DNA of 64,000 bases, from assembly GCA_964016885.1 (NCBI GenBank), contig OZ024742.1:318556001-318620000 (forward strand). The letters are read 5' to 3'. The translations under genes were made by a program, and so were the position numbers. The notes beneath the pieces are model-generated. The model was not told the DNA's origin. It saw only the letters and a list, made by a program, of their open reading frames with translations, and did not search any database. The stretch comes from Eledone cirrhosa (lineage: Eukaryota). Positions 22,631 through 35,699 of the stretch are shown one piece after another (within the stretch, counting starts at the first letter, position 1; each line of letters begins with the position of its first letter).

Positions 22631-23833
22631 TCATACTTTTTTCTTCGTTATCTTCGCAGCCTTCACGTTCTTACGACCAGTTGGACAGAGTTCCTTATTA
22701 AGACACCCACCACATGCCGGGTTGATGGGTCTGCAAAGCTGTTGGCCAAAACCAACCAACAAATGGTTTACTTCTTTCCAATATTCTCGAGGTAGCCAGT
22801 CTTCGAGGAATTTGCGAGTTTTTTCGGGTTCTTTTGTTGGTGTCGGGACCCAGCCCAGTCTGTTAGAAATGCGGTGAACATGCGTATCCACACCAATTCC
22901 TGTTAGTTTATCCCACGCACATTTCATAATCAAGTGAGCCATTTTGGGACCGATACCGGGTAACTGGAGCAAACCTTCAAGAGAGTCAGGAATATCACCG
23001 TGATATTTCTCTTTCAGAATACGTGTTGTTTTTTTTATATACTCGACCTTCCTCTTCCAAAAGCCCACGGGATAAATTAGTTTACCCAGTTTTTCGTCTG
23101 TGGTTGCCAAGATGTTGTCAATGTTGCAACCGTGCTCTCTCAGCCGCATCATTGCTGCAGATGTGACCTCGTCTTTAGTTTGGCTGGACAGCATCAGCGA
23201 TAGCAGGACCTGATATCGGAATATTTCGGGTACCGAAGTGCGATCAGATATCGTATCGCACCCCATACTGTCAACTGGTGCGTCTTGATGCTTGCGCATC
23301 TCTCGAATGTTATTCAAAACTAATAGCCACCCTTCAGGTTCCCATTTGCTTCGTTTGTTTTCCAGTTTTATATCAGTTTGCTCGACTTTTTTCGTCGCGA
23401 AATACGGCGATATAGTTTGAACGCTAATATTATTTTCAAGCTCACCTTCCGTTTCATATTTAATCGTTATTTTCGATCTTCGCTTACCAACTCGGGAAGG
23501 GTTAAGGCTGCCAGGCAGTCCTTGTTGATTAGCTGAGTCGCTTTTGTGAGTTGAATTTCTTTCAACCTTTTCTTTGCTGTTTATAAGTTCCGTGTATGTG
23601 GTATTTTCTGTTTTGATATTAGTTACATAATTATCAACACGTGGTGGTATTTTATGACTAACTTTCAAGTCGTCATAATCGTCAGGTTTTCTACTCAAGG
23701 AACGAGTTTGACGTCGGTTGTCATTGGAAATTGAGTGACCTTTCGAAATATGGAGCATTATTAGCAGGTGTGAACAATAATTTGATCGTGCTGAAAAAAT
23801 ATACCGAGAAATGTTTATAACATTTAGAGACAT
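22631..23833 (-). CDS. NTHL1: Endonuclease III-like protein 1 (HhH-GPD DNA glycosylase/AP lyase), single-exon ORF
   Basis: DAPVDSMGC, RYQVLLSLMLSSQTKD, LIYPVGFW, HhH LPGIGPKMA (catalytic K), VDTHVHRISNRLGW (catalytic D), 4Fe-4S motif C-x6-C-x2-C-x5-C; uninterrupted 400 codons. The true start could be Met1 or Met26. Confidence 0.96.
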   Translation of the reverse strand: MSLNVINISRYIFSARSNYCSHLLIMLHISKGHSISNDNRRQTRSLSRKPDDYDDLKVSHKIPPRVDNYVTNIKTENTTYTELINSKEKVERNSTHKSDSANQQGLPGSLNPSRVGKRRSKITIKYETEGELENNISVQTISPYFATKKVEQTDIKLENKRSKWEPEGWLLVLNNIREMRKHQDAPVDSMGCDTISDRTSVPEIFRYQVLLSLMLSSQTKDEVTSAAMMRLREHGCNIDNILATTDEKLGKLIYPVGFWKRKVEYIKKTTRILKEKYHGDIPDSLEGLLQLPGIGPKMAHLIMKCAWDKLTGIGVDTHVHRISNRLGWVPTPTKEPEKTRKFLEDWLPREYWKEVNHLLVGFGQQLCRPINPACGGCLNKELCPTGRKNVKAAKITKKKV

Positions 23834-24312
23834 GAATAGACAACGAAGGGCAGATAACTCTCAACTCTCGATAGATGATTTTCTTCTTATTCCCCCCTCT
23901 CCAAACTTTTATAGTTTGTTTCAAGGAAAATTTCGTGTACAATTTAGACTCTCCCGCGCGAGGCAGCCAAAGTACTTCAATGACCACGGTTAGTTGCGTT
24001 TATAAATACATCATTCCAACATTTGTTGATGGGTTTCAGGTCTCTGTCAATTTTCTGCCACTGGTTCATCGTGGGACATCCGCTTTGCCTCTTTCCATGG
24101 GGTTACTAATCAAGGCCACATTTAATTTGAGGGCAAAGATGGTAATTACCCTGGGCCCACCACCGACGGCCGTAGCAATTTGTTTGTGGCCTCATCTGAG
24201 CTTTTTAGTTTTAGGATAGTTAGAATTTTTGAATTTAATACCTGTATGTCTAAGTTTGCATTCCAATTACTTACAACAAGCTAACTTTGATATGTAAAGG
24301 GGGGGGGGGGGG

Positions 24313-25890
24313 CCTTCTTCTTCTCTCACTTATTCCTGAAAGGGTCGTGGGGGCAGAGTCCTCAAACACTCCTTCCAGCTGGAGTTGTGATCTCTCAATT
24401 TGGAAATGTAGTGGCTCTACCTGGAATGACACTGATCTCCGAGCTACTCACTCTATCGAGTAACTTTACTCCAAGGACCCTTTCATTCTTCATGCCTGGA
24501 GGACTTATTTCCAAGGCAACCTTTGTAAGTCTCTTTCTTTGCTTGGATAGGGACTGTGCTGTGTATGAGCTCCTCCAACCTGAAGTGTCCCAGGCTCCCC
24601 AAGGTCTAAATCCAACCCTAGTAACAATACAGGACCTGATTAGCATGTCTTTCATCTGGAAGTTGTGTGACATGTCCCAAGCATTCAAGTCGACGCTTGT
24701 ACATGATGTTAGACACATGTTTTTGGTGGATTCGTTGACAGACTTCTTTGTTGGTGATGAAGTCATCCCACATGATGCCAAGGATTTTCCATAGTTATTT
24801 GGTGTCAAAATCATCTAATTGGTTTTCTTGGCTGGCCTTCACAAACCATATTTCGCACCCACGCATGAGCATTATTAGCACATTGATGTTGTAAAATCTC
24901 ATCTTGGTACCAAGCAAAAGTATTTTGCTTCTCCAGATCTTGCTGAGTTGCTTCAAGGCAGTCGAAGCTTAGCCTATTCTGCAATTAATTTCTTTCACCA
25001 TGTCTCCACTTGTGTTGATTGAGATTCCGAGGTAAATGAAGTTGTCCACGACCTCCACATCCTCCTCATTGATGTAGATGTTTATTGGTGATGGATGTAT
25101 ATCAACTAACATGTTCTTGGTCTTTTTGACTCTGATGTGGAGTTCTCTGCTGGCTGCAGATGACCCTATCTCATCTATCAGATACATGTCAGATGTATTT
25201 TGTGCCATGGTCGTAGTATCATCTGCAAAATCAAAGTCTGAGAGCTTCTGTTCCTCCTGCCAATGAATTCTCTTATCTTCTGTTACCCTTTTGTTGGCAT
25301 CCTCATGTTCATTTGGAGGAGCATAGCACTGATTTATATTGACTTTAGTGTGTGAGGTGACATATCTTGACGTCAAAAGTCATCCATTAATGGGTATCCT
25401 CTCCTCAAGTGCCCTCATTGCTGATGTATCTAAGATAAGGGCCACTGCAGCTTGATGTATTCCATCTTGACGCCCTGAGAACAGAATAGTTTTGTCCTCT
25501 GATCTAAATTTTTGTGTATCATTTCAACAGTCCTCATTGAGCCTAATATGTTTAAATTGCAAGTCTCCATTTCTTTGATGACTTGAGCCAGTTTGGTAAT
25601 TGGTATATTATTCATACATTCCAGTATCCAATGTGCATGAAGAATTTTGCTGATGGGATTTGAGATTTCGGGGTGGCAGCACCCTCTGAGAGGCTTTCTC
25701 TGGCAACTGCCATACTGTTTCCAGGTGGAGACAACTTTCATCCTGCCTGATTTTGGCTTGTTGCTTTTAGAACTATTTTCAATAGCAAAGGTGTTTTTTA
25801 CAGGAGTAGGTTGCTAGCCTTCAGCCCAACCACGTACTGTAAGAGAGAATCATCTCATGGAGAGTTACCATTTAACCCATGAATGGAGAT
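24313..25890 (-). mobile_element. Internally deleted RTE LINE of a second family, bounded by poly-G runs
   Basis: RTE-like 5' UTR (ggttgggctgaaggctagcaacctactcctgtaaaaa), APE remnants (NLNILG, QCYAP) fused to RT (DFADD, FIYLG, EINCRIG), gaagaag tail; a related tail lies at ~45205-45500. Confidence 0.8.
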
Positions 25891-27526
25891 GGGGGGGGGG
25901 GGGGGTTTCAGGCAGCCTTGACACGCTCTGACACAAGTCCCTCTTAGGATATTTGCACCATTTTATAGCTGAGAAGCTACCAGATTTCAGGTCTGCAACT
26001 GCAACTGCTTATTCATGCATCCAATGATGCCTTGTTTCACAGCTTACCATCATACTGAAGGATTGCCTCCTATCTGCAACCTGGGAATATGGTTGATGGT
26101 GACAGTTGCACTCACTACTCAGTGTAAAATGGTTTTAAATATCTTCATGAATAGAAACAGGCTTTTCTTATTAAAAATGTACTTTCATGGATTAATTCAG
26201 AATTATTAATCCTTATTAAGTGTCATGGCATACACGATTCTTTACATTCAAAAGCTTTACTCAACTAAATACTAAATAACTAATCTCCAAGACTGAACTT
26301 GTAGCTAGTATCTAGGATTATTTATGCATTTTATTCATTATCAATATTTGTGCCATAGTAGGTCAGTGGATTGGTAGTATCAGTAAATCATCAAACAACA
26401 TGTTTTGTGGCATAGTGTTACACCCCTTTACGATCTTAGTTCAAATCTTGCTGAGGTTAATTTTGCCTTTCATCCTTACAAGGTTGATAAAATAAAGTAC
26501 TAGTAATACACTGGGGTCGATTTAATTGACTTTTGCCTCCCCAAAAATTGTTGGCCTTGTGTCTAAATCAGAAACCAATATTTGTGCCATAGTTTATTTG
26601 CTCAGAAATAGCTAATATACCTGTTCACTCATATGAATCACAACTGTATTATTACCTGCTTGAAATATATATCTAGTTTATTGTGGTTTATGATTTCTTT
26701 GGTATTGATACCAAACTGGATTTGCAGTTTCCTAAGACATTGATATTGGTGATTGTATTTATCTACCCTTCAAATTAACTGGACAAAGAAGTGTTCATAA
26801 TTAATTGATTATCTGATAAAGGTGTAGCTCAAATATGCATTGATATAACCTTTGCTTAGTAAATATGCTTCTGAACCCATTTTAACAGTTAGTAGCATTA
26901 TTTCAGCAAATCTAAGATCTATTGAACATTTCAGCCAAGCATAAAACAATATGCTATTCAAGAATATCATACAGCTAAAACAAGAGACTCAGCATTTGAG
27001 TATCTTGTTTCAGCTGTGGTTAATGCCTTTGACAAGTATAGCTTAGGATGACCTTCTTGTGAAACTATTCTCGATATAGCCTTTTCACTAAGTTATTGAG
27101 GTAACTTCTTTTGTGTTATCATAAATCTGGGCCACTGACTTTTGATACTAACAAGTTTTATATTTTCAAATACACTTTGTTATTGGCCACTTCATGATAA
27201 CAAGACACTATGTTTAGAATGTGATGTAATTGGCAATATGAGGTCTGAATAATGCTCAATTTATTTCCCATATAAATTTACAATTTAGATTTAGAATTTA
27301 GAAAAGATTCTATTTGCTTCTTGTTCTATGATTGTTCAACATCTAAACAATAATTAGATCATATACCCTCCTTTGTTATTTTATTTCCCCAAAAGACAAT
27401 TCATTAGTCTGTAGCAAAAGCGTAGATCAATTGATCACCATACTTTTTTATGATCTTATCTGTATGTCTGTACATGTATGTGTGTGTGTACATCATTGTG
27501 TGTGTATGAGTATAAGTGTGTATATC

Positions 27527-27865
27527 ATCATCATCATCATCATCGTTTAATGTCTATCTTCCACGCTAGCATGGGTTAGATGGGTTTGTCCCATTTGCAT
27601 ATATTATAAGTGGGTCATGTAGGTATCACGACAAAAAGTACCCAGTCCACACTGTAATGTGGTCATGTAGGCGTCACAACAAAAAGCACCCAGAACTGAC
27701 TGTAAATGAGGTTGACACTAGGTAGGGCATCCAGCTGTAGAAACCAAGCCAAAATCAGTTCTGTATGAGCAAGACATGATCACTTGACCTGGCATTGCTC
27801 ACAAGAGGATAACTCGTCTAACCAATACTACCATGGAAAAATGGACGCTAAATGGTGATGATGAT
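27527..27865. mobile_element. Head-to-head pair of RTE-tail/SINE-like modules
   Basis: (CAT)n-gtttaatgtctatcttccacgctagcatggg (-) followed by a + copy ending ggacgctaaatggtgatgatgat. Confidence 0.7.
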
Positions 27866-28877
27866 TATCTACCTTGATATGTTTAAAATGTGTTTAGCAG
27901 ATGACCAGTTTGGAAGTATAAATAAGGAAAGTAAAAATATCATCAACTTTTAAACTATTTCTTCAATAAAAAAAAAAGAAATAGATTAAAAATCCTTCCA
28001 CAATTTTAGCAGTTTTTTTTTACGACCACTATTAATATGTTTGTCCTGACAAATTAATACAATATTAGCTTCAACAATCCCAACACTAATACTACAACAG
28101 ACACACACACCATATCAGTAATAATGCCACTTGTACTAACCATAAGAAAGAATCACAGTAGAAAATAATTGTTTTTACTCTTGGCACAAGGCCAGCAATT
28201 ATCCCAGTGTATTACTGGTATTGGTACTTTATTTTATCGACCCCGTAAGGAAGAAAGGCAAAGTTAACCTCGGCGGGATTTGAACTCAGACCATAAAAGG
28301 CCGTAACTCTTTGCTGCAAAACATGGCGTCCGACCGTCTATCGATACTGCCAATCCACCGAATGAAAGGTAGATAGATCATAAAAAGTAAATAGTTATGA
28401 AAAATGAATAATTAGAATAAGTAATAAATGTAATTAATGAATTAAAGACGTAGGTAATTGGTTAGAAAGCCTATTCATGTGTATGTGTATGGGTGTATAT
28501 TAAGTTGGTGGTGAAAAGACTCCCTTGCATGGGCTAATCACATGCTCAAACAATTCCTGGGATCTGGGAAAGGGATCCATGTAACCAAGTAGATTCAATA
28601 TAGTATGAAAATAGGGGGAAAATACTTGAATGCTAAGTTCCATGCACTGCAGGTAGGAATCATATCCCAGTGTCCGAGAATTTTACCAAGGAAAACAGCC
28701 AGGCAATCAACTTATGATGGAATGGATCCTGTATACAGGAGCTAGCAAGAGCAACCATCATGACAAAGATTATATGCATTCAAAGTATTATCTCCTGCTA
28801 ATGGTAATATCAGTATAAACATTACTAATACTAACCCTAAAAAAAGGGATGATAATAAAAAATAAAAATGAGGATAT

Positions 28878-29790
28878 CACCATCATCATTTTATGTCTGT
28901 TGTTCCATGCTTGCATGAGTTGTACAGTCCTTCTCAGTTCAGCAGCTCTCCACTTTTGTGTTCCTTTATCATTTCCTTCGTGAGCTTTAGCAATCGGAGA
29001 TCAGGTCTTCCTTAGTCTTCTTCTATTGCAGCTTCCTCCCACTGGAATTACTTGGCACTTCTTCACCCAGCAATCATCATCCATGCACATCACATATCCT
29101 TACCAATACAGTCTCCTCTTCTGCACATTACCTCTGATTCCTCTTATACCCAGTTTCTCCCTCAGTTCATCCATGTTTTGTTGTTCTCAAACATTAACAT
29201 TGCACATCCATCAAAGCATGTTTACCTCAGCCATTGCATGTCCTCTGCATTCACTGCTCATGTTTTCCTACCATGCAGCATAGCACTTTTATACATAGTT
29301 GTCATACAGCTGACTTTTCATTTGTTGGGAGAAATCTTTTGTGTTATTAGTGGTAATAGTTTCCTAAACTTCTTCCATCCTGTCCTTATTCTAACTATTA
29401 TGCATTCCAAGCACCCTCTTCCACTGCTAATTATATTACCTAGGCAGAAAAAAACTATCAACCACTTCTATGGTTCCTTCCTAAGATTGTAAAAGGTTTC
29501 TATTATTTAATTTGTTATTGCCACTCTTACTATCAATTGACCCTGAACATTTACTACGTACAAAGTCTTCCTTTCCTGTTAGCTGCCTGTTGTTCCACTA
29601 CGCCTCTTGTTTACCCATGATTTGCATTGTCTACACCATATACAGTTTATGCCTACTCCTTTTCTACATATCAAGCAAGGCCACTTCCCTGATGAGATTG
29701 GTGCCCTATCTTCTTTCCTACTTATTAACATTTTGGTTTTTGCTAAATTTATTCTAAACCCTAATTGATTCTAAGTTCTGTTTCCATAGC
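28878..29790 (-). mobile_element. Degraded RTE (PHD-type family, short 3' UTR) 3' part
   Basis: Antisense homology to 43000-43897; (CAT)n tail at the left end. Confidence 0.8.
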
Positions 29791-30073
29791 AGGGCACACC
29801 TCAATCAGAGAAGTAGCTTGGAGACCAAGGAGTCACTCCAGGTAGAGCTGCTACTTCTCCGAATTGAGAGATCGCATCTGAGATTCGAGACAAACCACAA
29901 CAGAAACACAAACCCTCCATCTCAATTTTACTTTTGAAGATCATAAGAACTGTAAAACTGGTAAAGTAAATGAATAAATATTTTAAAAGACTCTAGTTGC
30001 ATTTTCAATTTCTTTCTTTTCTTTATACTTTTACCCATGTGGGACATCTTTTTAAAAAAACCTCATTTTCTTT

Positions 30074-30104
<31 letters not shown>

Positions 30105-30106
<2 letters not shown>

Positions 30107-30181
30107 TATATCGATCTGATGACCGATCCAGATGTATATTAATATTGTCTGGGATCCAGAAACCTTTGGTAATGGAGTAGT
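30105..30181 (+). ncRNA. Hammerhead ribozyme motif (degenerate stem I) between (TA)n tracts
   Basis: CUGAUGA (30116-30122), stem II uccagau...gucuggga, GAAA-CC-UUU-GG-UA-AUGGAGUAGU; same family as 37829-37912. Confidence 0.6.
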
Positions 30182-30678
30182 TGTTCACTTTCTAATTAAA
30201 TAAATATATATATATATAAACCGTCCATCCCATGCTAGCATGGAGGATGGATGTTAAACGATAATAATGATGATATATTTATATATATGTATATATATAT
30301 ATATATAATATATATATATACATATATGCTTATATATGCACCCACACACTTACACACACATACAAACACACATACACATACAGATAAAATGATAGATGAA
30401 TAGAGGAACAAATATATATATTTAGGATGTGTTATTGGTCTACATATGAAGACATTGAAATGTTCCATGTGTACTTGCAGTGAAATTTGTGGAGTCTGGT
30501 ATACATTTAGTTCTATTTACAGGAAGGGGGATGTCTCTGATAGACTAACATCCTTCATAGTAACAAGTAACTATGTAATTTTAGGTATATTGTATCATAT
30601 TTCAAGTGTATATTAAATATCATTATATCATTTTTGGAAGTAGTTTAATTCTTTTAAAAATGTTTATCTTATCGTTAG

Positions 30679-30709
<31 letters not shown>

Positions 30710-30729
30710 CACACAGTGTAATTTAAGTA

Positions 30730-31040
30730 TGCACAGGAGATGTGGAATTACAGGCGGGTTGACAGAAAAGACAGACTTTGTGTGAAGTTAATGCATTGAA
30801 GAAGTAAGCAGTAGGAGCATGCGGAAATAGATTCCTGCAATTGCCTGGGAGGCTCCCTAGAGTTTGTTTTAGAATTTTATTGCCTGGATGACCTAGAGGG
30901 AAGAGAATGCTCTGAATATGGTAGCCAGTGTGAGAACAGGCTGGAAATGGCTTACAGAACTAGTACCTCTGTTGACAATGAAGTGCTTCTTTCTCTGAGT
31001 GAGAGGTAGGCTGTGTAATGTCTGCATGTGAGTGGCAATG
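30730..31040 (+). mobile_element. Old RTE fragment
   Basis: Remnants of HRRCGITG, VASVRTGWK and ELVPLLT. Confidence 0.65.
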
Positions 31041-32989
31041 AGACCATTTAGCATTTACATTACTCTATATATACTATTGTATTTTCACAGTAAAGGCTTT
31101 ATCTTACATAATATCTCACATAATATTAAATCTATGAGATTTTGGTATAATTTATTTTGAGAACAATACCTTCACCTAAGTATGAGTGGCTAGTTACAGC
31201 CAGTTTGAACAGAAAGAGGTGAGGTAATTCTGGACGGTTATGGCCGGTTTAAATGCTAAACAGTTAAATACTGATGACCTGAGAGTGCTGGACAGAGGTG
31301 GGACAAAAATGCTCAGTCAAGTTAGATGCCCTTCCTATCACCAACCTCTTTACAGGGTGTACTTGTTTCATTTTATCATAGCACAAGCTCTAGAAGAGTT
31401 TTTGACACATCTGAAGAGTTCTCTTGACCCTTTTTGGCATACTTTCTATGGCTGGATACCCTTCTTATCACCAACCAATTTACAGAGTGCATTCAGTGCA
31501 CTTTATCATGACATCATCTCTAGGGGGGTTGTCAGCTCATTAACTTGACTGAACATTATTTCCATACCTATATTGTTACTTTTTGAATCTCAACCATTAC
31601 ATGGAGAATATAGAGTGCATTTTATAGTGGCACCAATATTGGTTAACCATCTTCCAATGCAGTGATGTTGTGGTGTATGAGGATAGGGATGGTGTGAAAC
31701 AGAGTGCTGGGAGGTGTAATGTTTTATAAAATGAAAGACCACAGAGATGATGTGATAGTAATAAGTAATGTGGCAGTGGTGGAGGAAGTAAATATATATT
31801 TTGCTACATGGTTTCTGTACAGAGGGTGCAATAGATGGGTGGGTGGATAAAGAGTATACTGCATAATGCAGTAGAACACTTCAACACAGGCACATCCTCT
31901 TTTTCAATTATTGTTTCCTACCAAGAACAGCTTGTTATCTGTACCTTTTGCCTGTGATCAGCCTCGCTAATGGTCCCTTCCATCTCACTTCCTGTACACT
32001 GCACACGTCAACTCTTCTTCATTCAAGCATACCCCCAGTTTCACATGATCTACCTTTCAGCTTGCCAAGACTGAGTGGCTGCCCTTAAATGCATTTCCAT
32101 ACAGGAAAAGGTGTCATACACGTCATGGGGTCCTGTTTGAGGTAATGTTTTATGGCCAAACACTCTTCCAGACATCAACCATTTTAGACACTTCTTATGA
32201 CACACAAGGATATGTTATACCTAGTCTAAATTGGACACACACAGGTACATACACATACACACATGAGGTGGCTGTTGCAGCAGGTGTCACTGGCCATTCT
32301 CCACAGCAATGCCTTTGCTATTTTGTCTGTGGGGTACAACTGAAACAACACTCAGATTGGGGTGTAGAGTTTATTGTTCCTTCCCCTTCTTCCTTTTTTT
32401 CGTTGCTTAATTATTTTTCTTCTTTTCCTTTTTCTTTTTTTAAAATTATTGTTTTAGTCACAGTTGTATAAATAACATTGCAAATTGTTTACAATTCTCA
32501 CAGAATGAAATATAAACACATATAATAAATACAATTAATTATTGCTACAAACCTTACAAATATAATTGTTTCTACTTTTGGCACAAGGCCAGCAATTACC
32601 CAGTGTATTACTGGTACTTTATTTTATCGACCCCATAAGGATGAAAGGCAAAGGCCGTAACTCTATGCGTCAAAGCATGGCGTCCGACCCTCTACCGATA
32701 CTGCCAATCCACTGGCCATCACAAACCTTACAAATATAATGCACAAAAAATATGATCACAGCGAGAGAAAAAAACAAAACAAAAACAACCATCAATTCAC
32801 CACCAAGTGTGACAATTGGCAGCACACCACAAAAGTCAATAGAAAATTTTCAAACAAAATTCACTCACAGCATTACCACGAGTGGTAGCAAGGCTAAGGT
32901 GCTAAAACAACCAGGCACCCTCACAGGCATCACCTGACACCTCGGTAAGGCAAGCTGCTAATAATGACAAGAACTTCACTGTCAACAGC

Positions 32990-33880
32990 TCAGCTCCACC
33001 AAACATCTCAAATGCCACAGGCTGGAAAAAATAGTTATTTGATAGTTTTCAGTATATTAAGATTTTATTCTGTTCAGAAATGGAAGCAGTGACCCTCACA
33101 TTTATAGCAGCATCCATGATGTGGAAGGGAGCAAAAGAGTCACTGATTGTGACATCCCAGATGAGATATCTGCCTCTGATTCAGGGACAAAGGGTAAGAC
33201 CTTCTGATCTCTTCCTTTCATTTCTGGATAGTCCAACTGGTTCCAGAACCGAGGGGATATTTACCAGAGCTAGGGCCTGCTTAATGATCTGGTTTAGCTC
33301 GGTGTGGCAGGCGAAGCGACCAGCATTCAGGCAGTAAGACAAAACATGGAGGCTTGTGAGTCGAGGGGCCAACCGCAGCAACATCTCAGACTCCAACGGA
33401 CATTGGCTCCCACTCAGAGTGCTATGGAGATGTGGAGCTCATCCTGACTGAGAAGACCACCAATGTTGGCCACAGGCAGGGCATCAACCCAGTTCTCTAA
33501 GAATTTGGCGCTTGCAGAAAGTAAGCAACACATAGAAAATTGGTCAGTTTGATCAAAGAGAAAATTGAAGGTGTTGCTTGAATGCAGATTGTCCCATACT
33601 CTCTGCTTCTGTATAACCATGTCAGTATCAAGAACTGACACACCCAGCTCTCTCCACTGTAGTAAAGCTTCATCCATCTCCATGTTGGAAAGGAGAGGAT
33701 GTCACCTACTAAATGGGAGCAAGCATGGATGGAGGAAAGAAAGCAAGGTAGAGACAGAGAACGAGCATTTACGCAGACCAAGACCTCCAAACCGTTTGCA
33801 CAAGGTAGCCTGGTCGTGGGACCCTAGAGAGAGTCTGACATTGACCAAAGTTCACTGAAGATTAAGTCGTCAAATAGATC
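32990..33880 (-). mobile_element. Degraded CRE-like (R2 group, restriction-like endonuclease) non-LTR retrotransposon
   Basis: Minus strand gives ...GRFACHTELNQIIKQAL...LEPVGLSRNERKRSEGLTLCP*IRGRYLIWDVTISDSFA...SEQNKILIY*...FQPVAFEMFG, a decayed zinc knuckle plus RPDG/WD/E..K..KY/P.A.E..G RLE motif series. Confidence 0.75.
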
Positions 33881-34265
33881 CTGTAAGAAGGATTAACACT
33901 TTTTTGTTTCCTTATTGCTACGTATATCGTACAGTTTTTATCACATTTTCTGTATATGTAGTCCGAATTATATATTTTTGTTCGTGGACAAATTAACATT
34001 TTTGCCATAGATACTATAAACATTTAAATTAGAAAATATTTCCCTTTTATTTAGTGGAAACACATGTCAAAAAAGCAAGTGTGAGGCTAATAAGAACAGT
34101 AGGTGAATATGATGAGAGATATATTGATTAAAAAAAACAACTTAACATACTACCTCCCACCGTTAAACTGGAGAGCTCCACTGTTGTTAAGCCTGTTAAT
34201 AGTTAACTTCTCTTGGCTTGTCCTCCACCATTTCTTCAGCTCCGTTTCTACATCACGCTAACTTC

Positions 34266-34411
34266 ATGACGATGGTAAATCGTGCAGTTCTTGACCGCAT
34301 TAGAGGTGGTTACAGAATTTTTGTTGGTGATTTAGGTAGCCGAATTGGCAAGAATGAATTAGAGAGGCAATTCAAGTCGTTTGGCCCCATAACAGATATA
34401 TGGGTTGCCAG
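34266..34411 (+). CDS. First coding exon of an SRSF3/SRSF7 (RBP1)-like RRM protein
   Basis: MTMVNRAVLDRIRGGYRIFVGDLGSRIGKNELERQFKSFGPITDIWVAR|gtaagg: RNP2 (IFVGDL) and the ELE..F..FGP...WVAR signature; strong donor; downstream exons not seen. Confidence 0.85.
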
Positions 34412-34650
34412 GTAAGGTTTAAAACAAAATCCATCTTTTTTTTTTTTTAATCCGAAACTAAGATTTTTTATACTCTCATCTTTACTCCTTCCTTATGTCT
34501 ACCTCATTCTTTCTCTTTGCAATCTTGTATTTCTCTTTTGTTGATTCTTTTCCTTAATATTCTATCGTAACCTTGATTTTTGATTTTCATAATTTTTCTA
34601 TCTCATACTCTGATTCTCTCTTCCACGAATGAAAGGATGAGAACATCGTC

Positions 34651-34687
<37 letters not shown>

Positions 34688-35492
34688 CATCCTCTCATTA
34701 TTATCATTTTCGATTTCTATTCTTGTGTGTCTATTTCTCCTTTTTATATGAATATCTATTTTCGTTTCTCTCTACCTTATTACATGTTTTTATAACTACG
34801 TGATTCATTCACATAGTGGAGAGTTTGTCCGAAATAATTCACGTCATCTCGAAACTTGTGTATGTGAATAATCTCCGCTGTTGTTTGAAAATAAAATATT
34901 GAGAATTTCGTGGTCCAGAAGTCGAGAGAAAGTTAAACTTGCGTAAGGAGCAAACGAACGACTACGCACCTTCCAAATGAATAACTATATATATATATAT
35001 GACAAACATTTTTTGATATAGTGACTCCATAATTGTATAGTAGTTATGTATTTATTGGTTGACTGTACTCGACTTTCGGAAAATTTGGGTATATATAAAG
35101 TGGAAAAGAGTGATTGTTTAAATGTCTTATATGTTTCTGGTAAATCGTGTTTCTGAAGAGGGTAGAGTCAGTGAAAATGTTAATTTTAAATATCTATCTA
35201 TCTATATAGTGTTATGGATTGTAAGCAGCAATGTGGTCTTTTAGTCCCTTTTCCTCTCAAATTGCTGCTTATAATATGGGTGTACGTGGGAATATATGTA
35301 TCGTTAGAATTTTATATATATATATTGTGAATATCTACCACAATCTATTTCATACCCGATGTTACCAGACAGTGATGGAAGCTTAAACAAATGTAAACCA
35401 TCCATTTCATCACTGCCTTCGTTTTGTTTTTCGAACGCGTCGGAGGTGGAGACACCATTTCAGCACTCATTAAAAAAAAAATGCACCCCGCT

Positions 35493-35524
<32 letters not shown>

Positions 35525-35554
35525 AGGAAAAAAATAATAAAAGAAAACGCACCT

Positions 35555-35589
<35 letters not shown>

Positions 35590-35699
35590 GGGACTTTATA
35601 ACATGTACAAACAGTTGGTGTTTAGCATAGCTTGCTTTCTCAGTTTATATATATTGATTAAAATCTATTTTGTTATTAGGCAGAGCGCTAAGAATAACG

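Noticed and set aside
24387-24814. Overlapping 135-aa and 139-aa ORFs
   Set aside because: Off-frame or antisense readings of a decayed RTE.
28500-28760. GC-richer stretch that could be a LINE 5' UTR or HDV-like ribozyme
   Set aside because: Could not assemble a nested pseudoknot or link it to a coding remnant by eye.
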